Assembly (NCBI GenBank): GCA_034660555.1
Contig: JAYEJL010000081.1
Location: forward strand, 1 to 50,856
Length of the DNA stretch: 50,856 bases
From: Thermotogota bacterium
Lineage (GTDB): Bacteria; Thermotogota; Thermotogae; Petrotogales; Kosmotogaceae
Reading direction: 5' to 3'
The notes under the pieces were generated by a model. The model searched no databases, had not been told where the DNA came from, and saw only the letters and a program-made list of their open reading frames with translations. Positions 1 to 9,498 of the stretch are shown here, in pieces. Every line of letters begins with the position of its first letter. The first letter of the stretch is position 1. The position numbers and the translations under genes are program-made.

Positions 1-189
1 TCCAATATCTCTAATGCTTTTACCATCGTCTTACCATCAAATCTTGCCTTTTCTAATTTTACGCTACAACTGTCAAACTCAGGAGAACACCTAAAAGTTT
101 TACCCGTATTAACTGATGAGATAATGTGTTCAGTTGAATCGTTAAATTTGAAGTTTCATACCTATATAATGGTACTAGAGGTGATTAAT

Positions 190-1194
190 ATGAAAAAAAT
201 CAGATTGGGTATTGTTGGAACCGGTATAGCTGCAAGAGTTCTCCATCTTCCTGCATTAAAGGAACTCAATGAAAAATTTGAGATAACAGCTCTTGCAAGC
301 AGAACACGTCCTAAAGCCGAGAAACTTGCAGATATGATCGAACCACGTCCAACGGTTCTAGATAATTATGAAGAGCTCCTAAATTCCGATCTTATCGATG
401 TGGTGGATATAACTGTACCCATACATCTGAATCCTGAATTTACCAATAAAGCTCTGGATTATAATTATGACGTGATTTGTGAGAAGCCACTTGGTGCAAA
501 TATGAATCAGGCGAGGCAGGTTCTAACGTCAGCGAAAAACAGCGAAAGAATAGTTTACATTGCTGAAAACTTCAGACATATTAAGGCATTCAAAAAGACA
601 AAAGAGCTAATAGAATCCGGTGAAATAGGTGATCCTTCCCTACTGATTTGGCATGAAGTTAGGCTGGCAGGGAAAGATGCCAAATATGTGAACACAGAAT
701 GGAGAAAGGATCCCAAACACATAGGTGGATTTATTTCTGATGGTGGTGTACATCACATAGCTGCCATCAGGCGAATTATGGGTGATATAAAATCAGTGAC
801 AGCAATAAAGAAAACAGTGAGAACATATCTTGGCAGTACCGATACCCTTATAGCGAACTTCGTATTTGAAAATGGCGCCTTGGGAAACTATACTGTTTCT
901 TTTGGACTTGATACAAAGCAAAATCCAAAAAAAGTTATCGGAACCAAAGGAGAAATTGCTTTAGAAAATAATGAAAAATTAATTTTGAATAATGAAAAAT
1001 GCGAAGATACCATTAATCTACCAAAAGAGAGTTCCTACAGGAATGAATTTAATGATTTTTATGATATTTATGTTGGTAAGAAAGAAAACAACCTTGGTAA
1101 TGTGTTGGAAGCAACAAAGGATCTTGCTGTTATAGAAGCAGCACTACTTTCCGCCAAATCCTCAAGAGAATTTGACGTTAAAGATCTTTTATAA
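190..1194 (+). CDS. Gfo/Idh/MocA family oxidoreductase
   Basis: Rossmann start IRLGIVGTG, CEKP motif, GGFISDGGVHHI. ORF track begins at 124, but SD GAGGTGA (178-184) favours ATG 190. Confidence 0.9.
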   Translation: MKKIRLGIVGTGIAARVLHLPALKELNEKFEITALASRTRPKAEKLADMIEPRPTVLDNYEELLNSDLIDVVDITVPIHLNPEFTNKALDYNYDVICEKPLGANMNQARQVLTSAKNSERIVYIAENFRHIKAFKKTKELIESGEIGDPSLLIWHEVRLAGKDAKYVNTEWRKDPKHIGGFISDGGVHHIAAIRRIMGDIKSVTAIKKTVRTYLGSTDTLIANFVFENGALGNYTVSFGLDTKQNPKKVIGTKGEIALENNEKLILNNEKCEDTINLPKESSYRNEFNDFYDIYVGKKENNLGNVLEATKDLAVIEAALLSAKSSREFDVKDLL

Positions 1195-1209
1195 CCAGGA
1201 GGTGAAAGG

Positions 1210-2142
1210 ATGAAAGCACTAGAAGTAAAGGACCTCTGGGCTACAATTGGTAATTATAAAATAGGTCCGATAGACCTTGAGATCCCACAGGATGAAATAC
1301 ATGGGATATTGGGTCCCTCAGGATGTGGTAAAACCTTGTTACTTAGAACTATCGCTGGACTTCATCCATATGATACAGGCAGGATTTTCATGAGCGACAG
1401 AGAAGTGACACGAATGTCTCCAGCAGATAGAAATCTTGCTTTCATTTTTCAGGACGATGCGATATTTCCTCATTACAACACATACAGGAACATCGCCTTC
1501 CCTCTAGAGATAACAAAAGACAAAGAACTGAATAAAAAGGTTAAAGCAAAAGCCAAAGAATTAAACGGGCTCACAGAATACTTGCAGAAGAACCCAAAAG
1601 AACTGCCAGCTGGTATAAAAAAACTAACAGCGCTGGGCAGAGAAACGGTGAAAAGATTTGATCTTATCCTGATGGATGAACCCTTCGAAAGACTCGACAA
1701 GAAAATACATACAGAAATTAGAGGTATGGTGAAAAAGCTTTTGATTAGTCTTGGGAGATCTGTTCTCATTGTTTTAACAGAACCCGAAGATGCCCTGGCT
1801 CTTCCAGATAAACTATATATTATGGATAACGGAAAATTCATTGCAGAAGGCAATCCCAGGGAGCTTTATGAAAATCCACCCGATATTTCTGTTATGGAAA
1901 TGCTCGCTCCTTATGGAACTAATGAATTGAAAAACATAGTTTTCAGACCAGAAGATATTCTTATCGATAGTGGTGACAATATAGGTAATATAAATGGTTA
2001 TACGCTTATTGATGCAAAAAAGACCCTTGCTGAAGTTGATGTTAATGGTGAAACAATACATTTGTTGTTGCCACGGCAAATAGCTGAAAAGGAAGAAATT
2101 AGATTTGAAATCACAAACTACTTCGAATCACTCAATCATTGA
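1210..2142 (+). CDS. ABC transporter ATP-binding protein (MalK/PotA-like, degenerate motifs)
   Basis: Walker A GPSGCGKT, Q-loop FIFQD, Walker B LILMDEP. Signature reads LPAGIKK and the H-loop His is absent. SD AGGAGGTG upstream. Confidence 0.85.
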   Translation: MKALEVKDLWATIGNYKIGPIDLEIPQDEIHGILGPSGCGKTLLLRTIAGLHPYDTGRIFMSDREVTRMSPADRNLAFIFQDDAIFPHYNTYRNIAFPLEITKDKELNKKVKAKAKELNGLTEYLQKNPKELPAGIKKLTALGRETVKRFDLILMDEPFERLDKKIHTEIRGMVKKLLISLGRSVLIVLTEPEDALALPDKLYIMDNGKFIAEGNPRELYENPPDISVMEMLAPYGTNELKNIVFRPEDILIDSGDNIGNINGYTLIDAKKTLAEVDVNGETIHLLLPRQIAEKEEIRFEITNYFESLNH

Positions 2143-2143
2143 T

Positions 2144-2881
2144 TTAAGAAGGTTCCATGAAGAGCAGTTCGATCTCCGATGGTGAAAGCAGTTTTATATT
2201 ACCCGGTTCAGACACTAACTTTATAGGCAATCTGCCAATACCGATCCTTCTAAGTTTTATCACTTTTTTCCCAAGGGTTCTAAACATTTCTCGTGCCTCC
2301 CGTTTATGCCCTTCATGGATAACAAGTTTTACCAGTGTTCCTTTATCTGTATCAGAGAGCACTTCAACTTTTGCTGGTGCGGTAACATGGCCATCTCTTA
2401 GTTTTACTCCAGTCATTATGTTATTCAACTCTGATTCTGAAATATTTGAATCGACCATTACCAAATAGGTCTTCTTAATCTCAGAAGAAGGATGGGTAAG
2501 TTTATTTGCTAATTCGCCGTCATTTGTTAAAAGTAACAGTCCCTCTGTTTCTTTATCCAGCCTGCCTACATGAAAAACGCTTTCTTTAATTCTATTTCTA
2601 ACAATGTCACCAACACACCTGCGTCCCTTTTCATCATTCATGGTAGTTATTGTTCCAGCTGGTTTGTAAAAGGCGTAAACGACCTTTTTCTCAAATTTGT
2701 TTTCTATAATTTCGTTATTAATCCCAACTGTATTCTTTTGAGGCTCGATCTGTACCCAGGGTTCGGTAACGACTTTTCCATCTACCTTAACTACTCCAGA
2801 CTTAATCGCCTTGCCCGCTTTCCTCCTGGACAGGCTCGTCATCTTCTGAAGAAATTTCTGAAGTTTCAGACTCGTCTTCAC
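2144..2881 (-). CDS. rluB: rRNA pseudouridine synthase, RsuA/RluB family with S4 domain
   Basis: KLQKFL...SRRKA S4 domain, catalytic VGRLDKETEGLLLLTNDG, downstream of scpAB. Start uncertain (GTG 2881 or CTG 2869; ORF track 2926). Confidence 0.85.
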   Translation of the reverse strand: MKTSLKLQKFLQKMTSLSRRKAGKAIKSGVVKVDGKVVTEPWVQIEPQKNTVGINNEIIENKFEKKVVYAFYKPAGTITTMNDEKGRRCVGDIVRNRIKESVFHVGRLDKETEGLLLLTNDGELANKLTHPSSEIKKTYLVMVDSNISESELNNIMTGVKLRDGHVTAPAKVEVLSDTDKGTLVKLVIHEGHKREAREMFRTLGKKVIKLRRIGIGRLPIKLVSEPGNIKLLSPSEIELLFMEPS

Positions 2882-3401
2882 TCTCCTTTTTTTGAAAAAG
2901 CTTCTCTGCGATTTCAGATACATCATCTATCTGGAAAACATCATAGAACTTGCTTGTAACCTTATACATATAAGGATTACCCGGCAGTTTTGATTTGGTA
3001 CGTCTTACTAGACTCATTTTTAGAAGCTCTGCAAGCTGTGCCTGGGAGTTCTTTCCTCTCATTAATTCGACATCTACTCTTGTCACTGGTCCTCTGACAG
3101 CTACAATGGCAAGTACTTCCATCTGGGTATCGGTTATCTTTACCAGTGGTCTTTTGGTCAATCTATCAACATAACTTTGTAAGTCTTTTTTTGTATAGAA
3201 GCGAAGTTTTCCTTCAACACTCATCAACTGAACACCATGGTCCTTTGATTTGTAATCATCTGTTAGTTCATCAACAAGAACCATCACCTGATTCAGTCTC
3301 ATTCCAAGGATCTTGGCTATTTTTTTTGGTGTTACGCCCCTTTTTGATGCAAGTATTAGAGCTTCTATAGCAGCTTTTTTGTTGAGATTATCCTCGTTCA
3401 A
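2802..3401 (-). CDS. scpB: SMC-Scp complex subunit ScpB
   Basis: KAAIEALILAS, EVLAIVAVRGPVTR, GNPYMYKVTSKFYDVF; adjacent to scpA. Confidence 0.92.
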   Translation of the reverse strand: MNEDNLNKKAAIEALILASKRGVTPKKIAKILGMRLNQVMVLVDELTDDYKSKDHGVQLMSVEGKLRFYTKKDLQSYVDRLTKRPLVKITDTQMEVLAIVAVRGPVTRVDVELMRGKNSQAQLAELLKMSLVRRTKSKLPGNPYMYKVTSKFYDVFQIDDVSEIAEKLFQKKESEDESETSEISSEDDEPVQEESGQGD

Positions 3402-4090
3402 TTCTCGACCCTCCTGAACAACGGTTCAGGTTCCAGCGATACCAGCGTGTACTTACCGAGTTTGACCAGCTCAAGCACTGCCAGAAAAGTAACGATTATT
3501 TCCAGCCTTCCCGACAAGGATTTAAGCTCAGTTATAAGAGAAATCTCAAATCTTTCTTCAAGCTCGTTCATTCTCTCCTCCACACTGAACAGCTCTGCAT
3601 AGACTGTGTAAACCCTATCTTTTTCAAAGGTTTCCTTCATAATACTTTTAAATGCATCGGTAAGTTGTTCGGGAAGTTCTTCGACTTCTTTCTCGATATC
3701 TAGGGTATTAGCCTTAACGTGATTCCTCGAATAAGATTCGTAAAGCCTGTGTCGGAGTTTTTTTGAAACATCTTTTATCTTTTTGTATTCCTCTACCTGC
3801 TGGTAAAAAGCCTGCTTCTGCTCGCTAAACTCCTGCTCCTCTTCTGAATTCATCCTTGGAAGAAGAGCTTTAGATTTCATTTGCATCAATGTGGAAGCCA
3901 TGATTATAAAATCTGAAGTCACTTCAAGTTCTAGAAATTTCATCTTTTCTAGATGAGCAACAAATTCATCGGCAATTGTAGATAATGGTATCTGTCTGAC
4001 ATCAACTCTGTGCTTTCTAACAAGAAACAACAACAGATCAAGAGGGCCTTCAAACTCGGGGAGAGTGAAAACTAGTTTTTCTTCACTCAT
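3398..4090 (-). CDS. scpA: Segregation and condensation protein A (kleisin)
   Basis: FEGPLDLLLFLV N-terminal motif and IVTFLAVLELVK C-terminal motif. Confidence 0.95.
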   Translation of the reverse strand: MSEEKLVFTLPEFEGPLDLLLFLVRKHRVDVRQIPLSTIADEFVAHLEKMKFLELEVTSDFIIMASTLMQMKSKALLPRMNSEEEQEFSEQKQAFYQQVEEYKKIKDVSKKLRHRLYESYSRNHVKANTLDIEKEVEELPEQLTDAFKSIMKETFEKDRVYTVYAELFSVEERMNELEERFEISLITELKSLSGRLEIIVTFLAVLELVKLGKYTLVSLEPEPLFRRVEN

Positions 4091-4093
4091 TTT

Positions 4094-5077
4094 TCACCAC
4101 CTTAGTTTCATCGCCTTCCTAACATCCTCCATGGTTTTAGAGGCGACTTCACGTGCTCTTTCGTTGCCTTCAGCAATTATCTGATCGACCTTTTCGGGTG
4201 CCTTTTCGAACAATCTGAGTTTCTCCCAAATGGGTTCCAGTCTAGACTTCAGATTACCGAAAAGGAGTCTTTTACAGTCAATGCAACCTATGCCTGCACT
4301 TTTGCATCCCCATTTCACCCAGTCTCTTTCATCTGTACTCTTGGTAAATGCCTTGTGATACATCCATACTGGGCATTTCTCTGGGTTACCAGGATCTTTT
4401 CTTCTAATTCTAGCGGGATCTGTTGTCATTGGAGCAATTTGCTTCCAAAGGCTCTCTTCATCGTTGTCAATAGGGATATAGTTTTTGTAGCTTTTGCTCA
4501 TCTTTCTTCCATCAGTTCCAGGAAGCTTTGGAACCTCTGAAAGTATGGGCTTTGGTTCAGGAAAGACCTCTTCAAAATAAGTGTTGAATCTTCTGGCTAG
4601 CTCGCGTGTTATTTCAATGTGAGAAAGTTGATCTTCACCTACGGGCACAGCTTCTCCCCTGTAGGCAAGAATGTCAGCAGCCTGAAGTACCGGATAAAGT
4701 AAGAATCCAGCACTTGAAAGATCCCTATCACTTATTTGCAACTGCTGATCCTTATAAGTAGGCATTCTTTGAAGTCTCGGAACAGAAATCAGCATGGAAA
4801 AGAACAACATTAGTTCGGCATGTTCTTTGATAGCTGACTGAACGAAGATGACGGAATCATCCACATCTATACCTGCAGCAACATAGACTTTCACAATATC
4901 GTATATCCACTGCTCAAATTTGCTGGTCGATTCAATATGGGAAGTAAGTCCATGCCAATCAGCAACAAAGAAGAAGCATTCATTGCCTTCATTTTGAAGT
5001 TCAATCCATCTGTCAAGAGTGATAAGATTTCCTAAATGAAGCTCACCTGTACTCCTCATCCCGCTTACAATCCTCAT
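4094..5077 (-). CDS. trpS: Tryptophan--tRNA ligase
   Basis: SGMRSTGELHLGN (HIGH), YPVLQAADIL, VPVGEDQ, KMSKS. SD GGAGGTG favours ATG 5077 (ORF track 5101). Confidence 0.97.
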   Translation of the reverse strand: MRIVSGMRSTGELHLGNLITLDRWIELQNEGNECFFFVADWHGLTSHIESTSKFEQWIYDIVKVYVAAGIDVDDSVIFVQSAIKEHAELMLFFSMLISVPRLQRMPTYKDQQLQISDRDLSSAGFLLYPVLQAADILAYRGEAVPVGEDQLSHIEITRELARRFNTYFEEVFPEPKPILSEVPKLPGTDGRKMSKSYKNYIPIDNDEESLWKQIAPMTTDPARIRRKDPGNPEKCPVWMYHKAFTKSTDERDWVKWGCKSAGIGCIDCKRLLFGNLKSRLEPIWEKLRLFEKAPEKVDQIIAEGNERAREVASKTMEDVRKAMKLRW

Positions 5078-5234
5078 AATAACACCTCCGATGAATTGCA
5101 AAAACCAAAAACCGGATAGATATTAAAACTAAATATAATAATATAAATTCATACAATCTGCACTGATATTTTATCACAAATAATGGTATCATAATCATAA
5201 ATGCAAACTGAGTGTTTATGTTAGGAGGTTTAAA

Positions 5235-5828
5235 ATGAATTTTAACAAAATTCTTATAATAATGGTAATTGTTGTAGTAGCTTTTACAGCTGTTAATATT
5301 TTTATGACGCTTTCAAACAGACTCCAGGTTGAAACAGTTTCGTACGATAGTGAATACGAATATGACGCTGAGGGTACGGTAATAATGCGAAGTATAATGT
5401 TACTTAAATTCGATAAACCTTCACAAATCGAGCGATTTTTAGATCAGTTTGATAAAGATAAAGAAACGAAAATATCTGAGTTTCAGCAGTCAGTAGACCA
5501 GATATCTAAAGATCTTCCAAGATCAATGGTAGTATCTGACTTTGCTTCAACAGCTACACAGATTACCAGTAACAGAGTTGAAGTAGAAGAATATTCAGTA
5601 ATTAACGGTTTTGCCAGTGTTGAAAATGGGCAAATAAACACCTCAATAGGTGATCTCAATATAGATCTCCAGGATGATTCAAAGCTCACCCTTTTACTGC
5701 CTCCTAATTCTGAAACACTATCTGTAGACCCTGAACCTACATACAGTCCTCAAAGTAATATCTTTATATGGGAAGGAACAGGTGAAATAAGATTCCCTGA
5801 AGTTATTTTCACAGTTGAAGGAGGATAA
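5235..5828 (+). CDS. Membrane-anchored exported protein, DUF4897-like
   Basis: N-terminal hydrophobic anchor, SD AGGAGG, about 200 aa with TLLLPPNSETLSVDPEP segment. Family assignment is from recollection only. Confidence 0.6.
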   Translation: MNFNKILIIMVIVVVAFTAVNIFMTLSNRLQVETVSYDSEYEYDAEGTVIMRSIMLLKFDKPSQIERFLDQFDKDKETKISEFQQSVDQISKDLPRSMVVSDFASTATQITSNRVEVEEYSVINGFASVENGQINTSIGDLNIDLQDDSKLTLLLPPNSETLSVDPEPTYSPQSNIFIWEGTGEIRFPEVIFTVEGG

Positions 5829-5830
5829 GT

Positions 5831-6580
5831 TTGGAAATTCATAAGGCAGCTGAGGAATTTTTAAGCTACCTTGAAGAAAGTGAGTACACTGTTTCTTTAA
5901 CCGGTGCGGGTGTATCAACCGCATCAGGTATTCCAGATTTTAGAGGACCAAATGGTTTATATAAAAGGCTTCCCAATAACATTTTTGATCTCGAATTCTT
6001 CAAGAATAACCCTGCCAAATATTATGAATTAACCTTTGATCTAGTTCACTCTTTCGATGAAAAGCAACCAAGCTCAACACATAAAATGCTTTCAAAATTG
6101 GAAAAAGCCGGTTATCTTGAAGCTGTGATCACTCAAAACATTGATGGATTACACCAAAAGGCTGGCTCTAACAATGTGGTGGAACTGCACGGAAATACTT
6201 CAAAATTCTTGTGCCTAAATTGCAGAAAATCCTACTCCAAAGAAGAGCTGATTGAAATATTGAAGAAGCAGAATCCACCTAAATGCAGCTGCGGTGGTTT
6301 GATAAAACCCGATGTTGTCTTTTTCGGAGAAATGCTCCCGATGGATGCCATCAATAAAGCAGAACAGCTTAGTGTTAATGCAGAACTATTTGTCGCCCTT
6401 GGCTCATCTCTGATAGTATATCCTGCTGCCCAATTTCCCTTAATATCAAAAAGAAATGGCGGTAAGTTGATAATTGTAAATAGGGGTGAAAGCGGGCTCG
6501 ACAGCATTGCAGATTTAAAAATTGATGGTGATCTGGAGGTATTTTCAAAACACATCATGGACTTGCTGGATGAAGAATAG
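5831..6580 (+). CDS. cobB: NAD-dependent protein deacylase (Sir2 family)
   Basis: GAGVSTASGIPDFRG, TQNIDGLH, ELHG, CxxC...CxC zinc ribbon, GSSL; TTG start after GGAGG. Confidence 0.95.
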   Translation: MEIHKAAEEFLSYLEESEYTVSLTGAGVSTASGIPDFRGPNGLYKRLPNNIFDLEFFKNNPAKYYELTFDLVHSFDEKQPSSTHKMLSKLEKAGYLEAVITQNIDGLHQKAGSNNVVELHGNTSKFLCLNCRKSYSKEELIEILKKQNPPKCSCGGLIKPDVVFFGEMLPMDAINKAEQLSVNAELFVALGSSLIVYPAAQFPLISKRNGGKLIIVNRGESGLDSIADLKIDGDLEVFSKHIMDLLDEE

Positions 6581-7394
6581 CATATCTTCTGAAACCATTA
6601 ATATCCCTAATTATTTCACAGAAATAACCTAAATCCTTTGACATACTGGCAATACAACTGGCAGAATAATCTGCAATTTCCAGATATATTCTTTTTTCTC
6701 TACTTGCCAATCCAGTGATTAACTCTTTATAAAAATCCAAACCTTCTTTGCCACCGTTAAGTGCCACAAGCGGCTCATACTCTCTGATGTTGTTATCAAG
6801 ATTTTTGATCAGATCTGTTCTAATATACGGTGGGTTTGACACGATCACTTCAATTTCCTCTAAGTATGGCTTCAATGGTTTTAGACAGTCTCCCTGCAGG
6901 AAGTTTATATTATTTATTCCATTTAACTTGGCATTTTCTTTCGCCAGTTCAAGAGCCCCAGCAGAGATGTCGGTTGCATATATAACACTATCTGAAAAGG
7001 TTTTTGCGAGAGTAACAGCAATTGCTCCTGCACCAGTCCCAATGTCTGCAAAATTCCCCTTGAAACCCTTTTCATTATCGATTACTTTTTCTGTAAGTGC
7101 TTCCGTTTCAGTCCTTGGAATTAAAGCTCTTTGATCAATCTTCAGTTCAGTTCCAAGGAAGTTCACTTTTCCTAAAACATAGTCAAAGGGCACCCCGGAA
7201 ATAATCCTTTCCAGCGCATCTCTGAATATTTTGATCTTTTCGTCATTTTGCTTAATATCTTCATCAGAAAATATTTTATGTCTGGAAATGCCAAGGAATT
7301 TTTCCATAATGTTATATACGATAATGCGGGGACTTTCTATCCCCGCATCTTCAAGTTTCTTTATAGTTTTTAAGAAAATTTCTCTTGTTTTCAC
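6555..7394 (-). CDS. prmC: Release factor glutamine methyltransferase
   Basis: LIPRTETE, DIGTGAGAIA, SNPPY motif. Confidence 0.95.
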   Translation of the reverse strand: MKTREIFLKTIKKLEDAGIESPRIIVYNIMEKFLGISRHKIFSDEDIKQNDEKIKIFRDALERIISGVPFDYVLGKVNFLGTELKIDQRALIPRTETEALTEKVIDNEKGFKGNFADIGTGAGAIAVTLAKTFSDSVIYATDISAGALELAKENAKLNGINNINFLQGDCLKPLKPYLEEIEVIVSNPPYIRTDLIKNLDNNIREYEPLVALNGGKEGLDFYKELITGLASREKRIYLEIADYSASCIASMSKDLGYFCEIIRDINGFRRYAILHPASP

Positions 7395-7696
7395 AATCCC
7401 ATTATGTTTCTGATTTCATCTGACGCTTTTTCAGGAGACCAGGGAGGGTCAAAGGTTAAATCGACATCAACATCATTTATACCTCCAACTTCCTGAACCT
7501 TTGACCTGGCTTCCTCAACCATGAACCCAGCCAGAGGGCACATAGGAGTTGTTAGTGTCATGGTTACTTTGACATTGTTTTCCTCATCTATGTTAACCTC
7601 GTATATCAAACCAAGACTCACTATGTCAAAACCTATTTCCATATCATAGACCTGTTTAAGCGCCTCCATAACCTGTTCTTCTGTAACTTTTTCCAT
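7391..7696 (-). CDS. DUF59/SufT-like metal-sulfur cluster assembly factor
   Basis: DMEIGFDIVSLGLIY, MTLTTPMCP, FDPPWS. Confidence 0.9.
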   Translation of the reverse strand: MEKVTEEQVMEALKQVYDMEIGFDIVSLGLIYEVNIDEENNVKVTMTLTTPMCPLAGFMVEEARSKVQEVGGINDVDVDLTFDPPWSPEKASDEIRNIMGL

Positions 7697-7708
7697 AAGC
7701 GATCACTC

Positions 7709-8719
7709 CTAATCGCTGAATTCGTCCGATACTTGAATTTCAGCGTTTTCTCTAAATGGAACAAACTCTTTTTCTGACCAATTTTCCCAATATATCTGCT
7801 GTTTTTCTTCAAGTAGTTGTTTCTCAATTTCATCCCGAACCTCCTCAAAGCTGTTGTAACCTCCGGCATTGTGTTCGTGCAGATAAAGCACAGTAAAAAT
7901 TCCGTTTATGTTAACCACTCTTTCAAACAAACCTTCTTCGAAGTTGTTGAAGAGCTCGCGTATTGTTTTATCTTCTAGCGATGATAGGTCATTTCGTGTA
8001 AGCTCACTTTTTTCTCTGGTAAACAATTCGAGAGGATTAGTGCTATCCTGTGCTCTTGTAAGAAAACTGTACGCCTTTGAAAAGGTATCGAATATTTCCA
8101 TGGTAGCCACAATGTTCTCTTCGGATTTAGCAAACTGATATTTGTTGGAATTGTAGTATTCCTGCTTTTCTTTATCTGTAACAGTTGCATCTTCTGTAAC
8201 GATTGACACAAGTGTTTCAAAAACCCTGTTAAAAATTACGCTGTTGGTCAGATATGTTTCGTAGGTTTCCAGACCTCCAATATAGCCTTTTTTCAATGTG
8301 TAATAAGAATCAGCTTCTTCTCTTGTCAAATCGTTTTCATCCAGACTATTATTTATGTAATCGTTAATCTCTTTGCACCATTTATCAAAGTCTTCTTTAT
8401 TAAAAAGACCTTTATGCACCGCATATTGCACTATGAGTTTTTCCCTGACCATTTTATCAATAACTCTTTTTTCATAGGCTTTAAGTAATGCCTCGCCTTC
8501 AGCAGTGTTGGTTAATAGTTCTGAAAGAAGAGGATCAATTTCTTCGGTTTTTTGAGAAACCTGTACGTAAACAGGCATAACTTCCGCATAAAATTCCCTT
8601 GTGGTAATTGGATCACCATTAACTGTGGCAACTGGCGTTTCCAGACTTAAACCTTCTGTACCAAATATTATTCCAGTAGTTAGAAGTGCAATAATAAGTA
8701 ATAGAACAGACTTTTTCAT
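7709..8719 (-). CDS. SurA/PrsA-like exported chaperone (parvulin part degenerate)
   Basis: Signal peptide, VATVNGDPIT, VTDKEKQEYYNSN, SFEEVRDEIEKQLL, ENAEIQV. Confidence 0.75.
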   Translation of the reverse strand: MKKSVLLLIIALLTTGIIFGTEGLSLETPVATVNGDPITTREFYAEVMPVYVQVSQKTEEIDPLLSELLTNTAEGEALLKAYEKRVIDKMVREKLIVQYAVHKGLFNKEDFDKWCKEINDYINNSLDENDLTREEADSYYTLKKGYIGGLETYETYLTNSVIFNRVFETLVSIVTEDATVTDKEKQEYYNSNKYQFAKSEENIVATMEIFDTFSKAYSFLTRAQDSTNPLELFTREKSELTRNDLSSLEDKTIRELFNNFEEGLFERVVNINGIFTVLYLHEHNAGGYNSFEEVRDEIEKQLLEEKQQIYWENWSEKEFVPFRENAEIQVSDEFSD

Positions 8720-9486
8720 TTTCTTTTACCCTCCTTAACTTTCTCCCAATAGTTATCAAGTTCGTTCAGTGTCATATTGTTAATATTCTTACCATCTTCT
8801 TTTATAAGACGTTCGAGTACCTCGAAGCGGTTCATAAATTTCTTTGTTGCTTTATTGAGCGAAACTTCAGGATCTATATTCATGAAACGTGAGAGGTTTA
8901 CCATAGCAAAAAGCAAATCTCCAAGTTCTTCATCAATTTCATTTTTATCATCTTTCTTTCTCGCTTCTTTTAATTCTTCCAGTTCTTCGTGAACCTTTTC
9001 TACAACATCTTCAATTTTTGTCCAGTCAAAACCCACAGCTGCTGCATTTTCCTGTACCCTTCTTGCTAAACTTAGTGCTGGTAAAGCCATATTGAGTTTC
9101 CCAATAGAAGAACTCATGTTCTTTCCCTTTTCTTCTGCTTTTATTTCTTCCCACTGTTTGTATGAATAACCTTCTGAATCGCCAAAAACGTGTGGGTGCC
9201 TTCTTATTAGTTTATCCTTAAGGGTTTCAATCACATCATATATATCAAAAGCAGCCCTTTCCCTCGCAATCTGGGCATGAAATATCACCTGCAGGAGAAG
9301 GTCACCGAGTTCTTCTTTTAGTTCTTTATCTGAACAATTCTCTATGGCTTCCAGAACCTCATAAGCTTCCTCTATCATATATGGTTTGAGCGTCTCATGG
9401 GTTTGTTCTTTATCCCACTCACAACCATTTTCTGATCTCAAAACTCTCATAACATCTATAAGCTCATCAAAACTGTTTTCTTTCAC
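8716..9486 (-). CDS. mazG: Nucleoside triphosphate pyrophosphohydrolase MazG
   Basis: GCEWDKEQT, EEAYE, tandem EELGDLL motifs, RRHPHVFG. Confidence 0.95.
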   Translation of the reverse strand: MKENSFDELIDVMRVLRSENGCEWDKEQTHETLKPYMIEEAYEVLEAIENCSDKELKEELGDLLLQVIFHAQIARERAAFDIYDVIETLKDKLIRRHPHVFGDSEGYSYKQWEEIKAEEKGKNMSSSIGKLNMALPALSLARRVQENAAAVGFDWTKIEDVVEKVHEELEELKEARKKDDKNEIDEELGDLLFAMVNLSRFMNIDPEVSLNKATKKFMNRFEVLERLIKEDGKNINNMTLNELDNYWEKVKEGKRK

Positions 9487-9498
9487 GCTCTTCCTCCT

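Noticed and set aside
1..155. Stop-free minus-strand frame running off the left edge (NFKFNDSTEH...MVKALEIL)
   Set aside because: No clear start or SD and no motif; about 50 open codons at a window edge is not enough to call a gene or frameshift.
5102..5234. Possible T-box leader upstream of trpS
   Set aside because: The region is short and AT-rich, with no T-box consensus or terminator; it looks like a divergent promoter region.
5831..9486. Sir2 and MazG (and DinG at 47110) as anti-phage defence components
   Set aside because: All are canonical housekeeping forms (CobB with zinc ribbon, tandem-domain MazG, Fe-S DinG) in housekeeping context, with no defence partners or cas genes.
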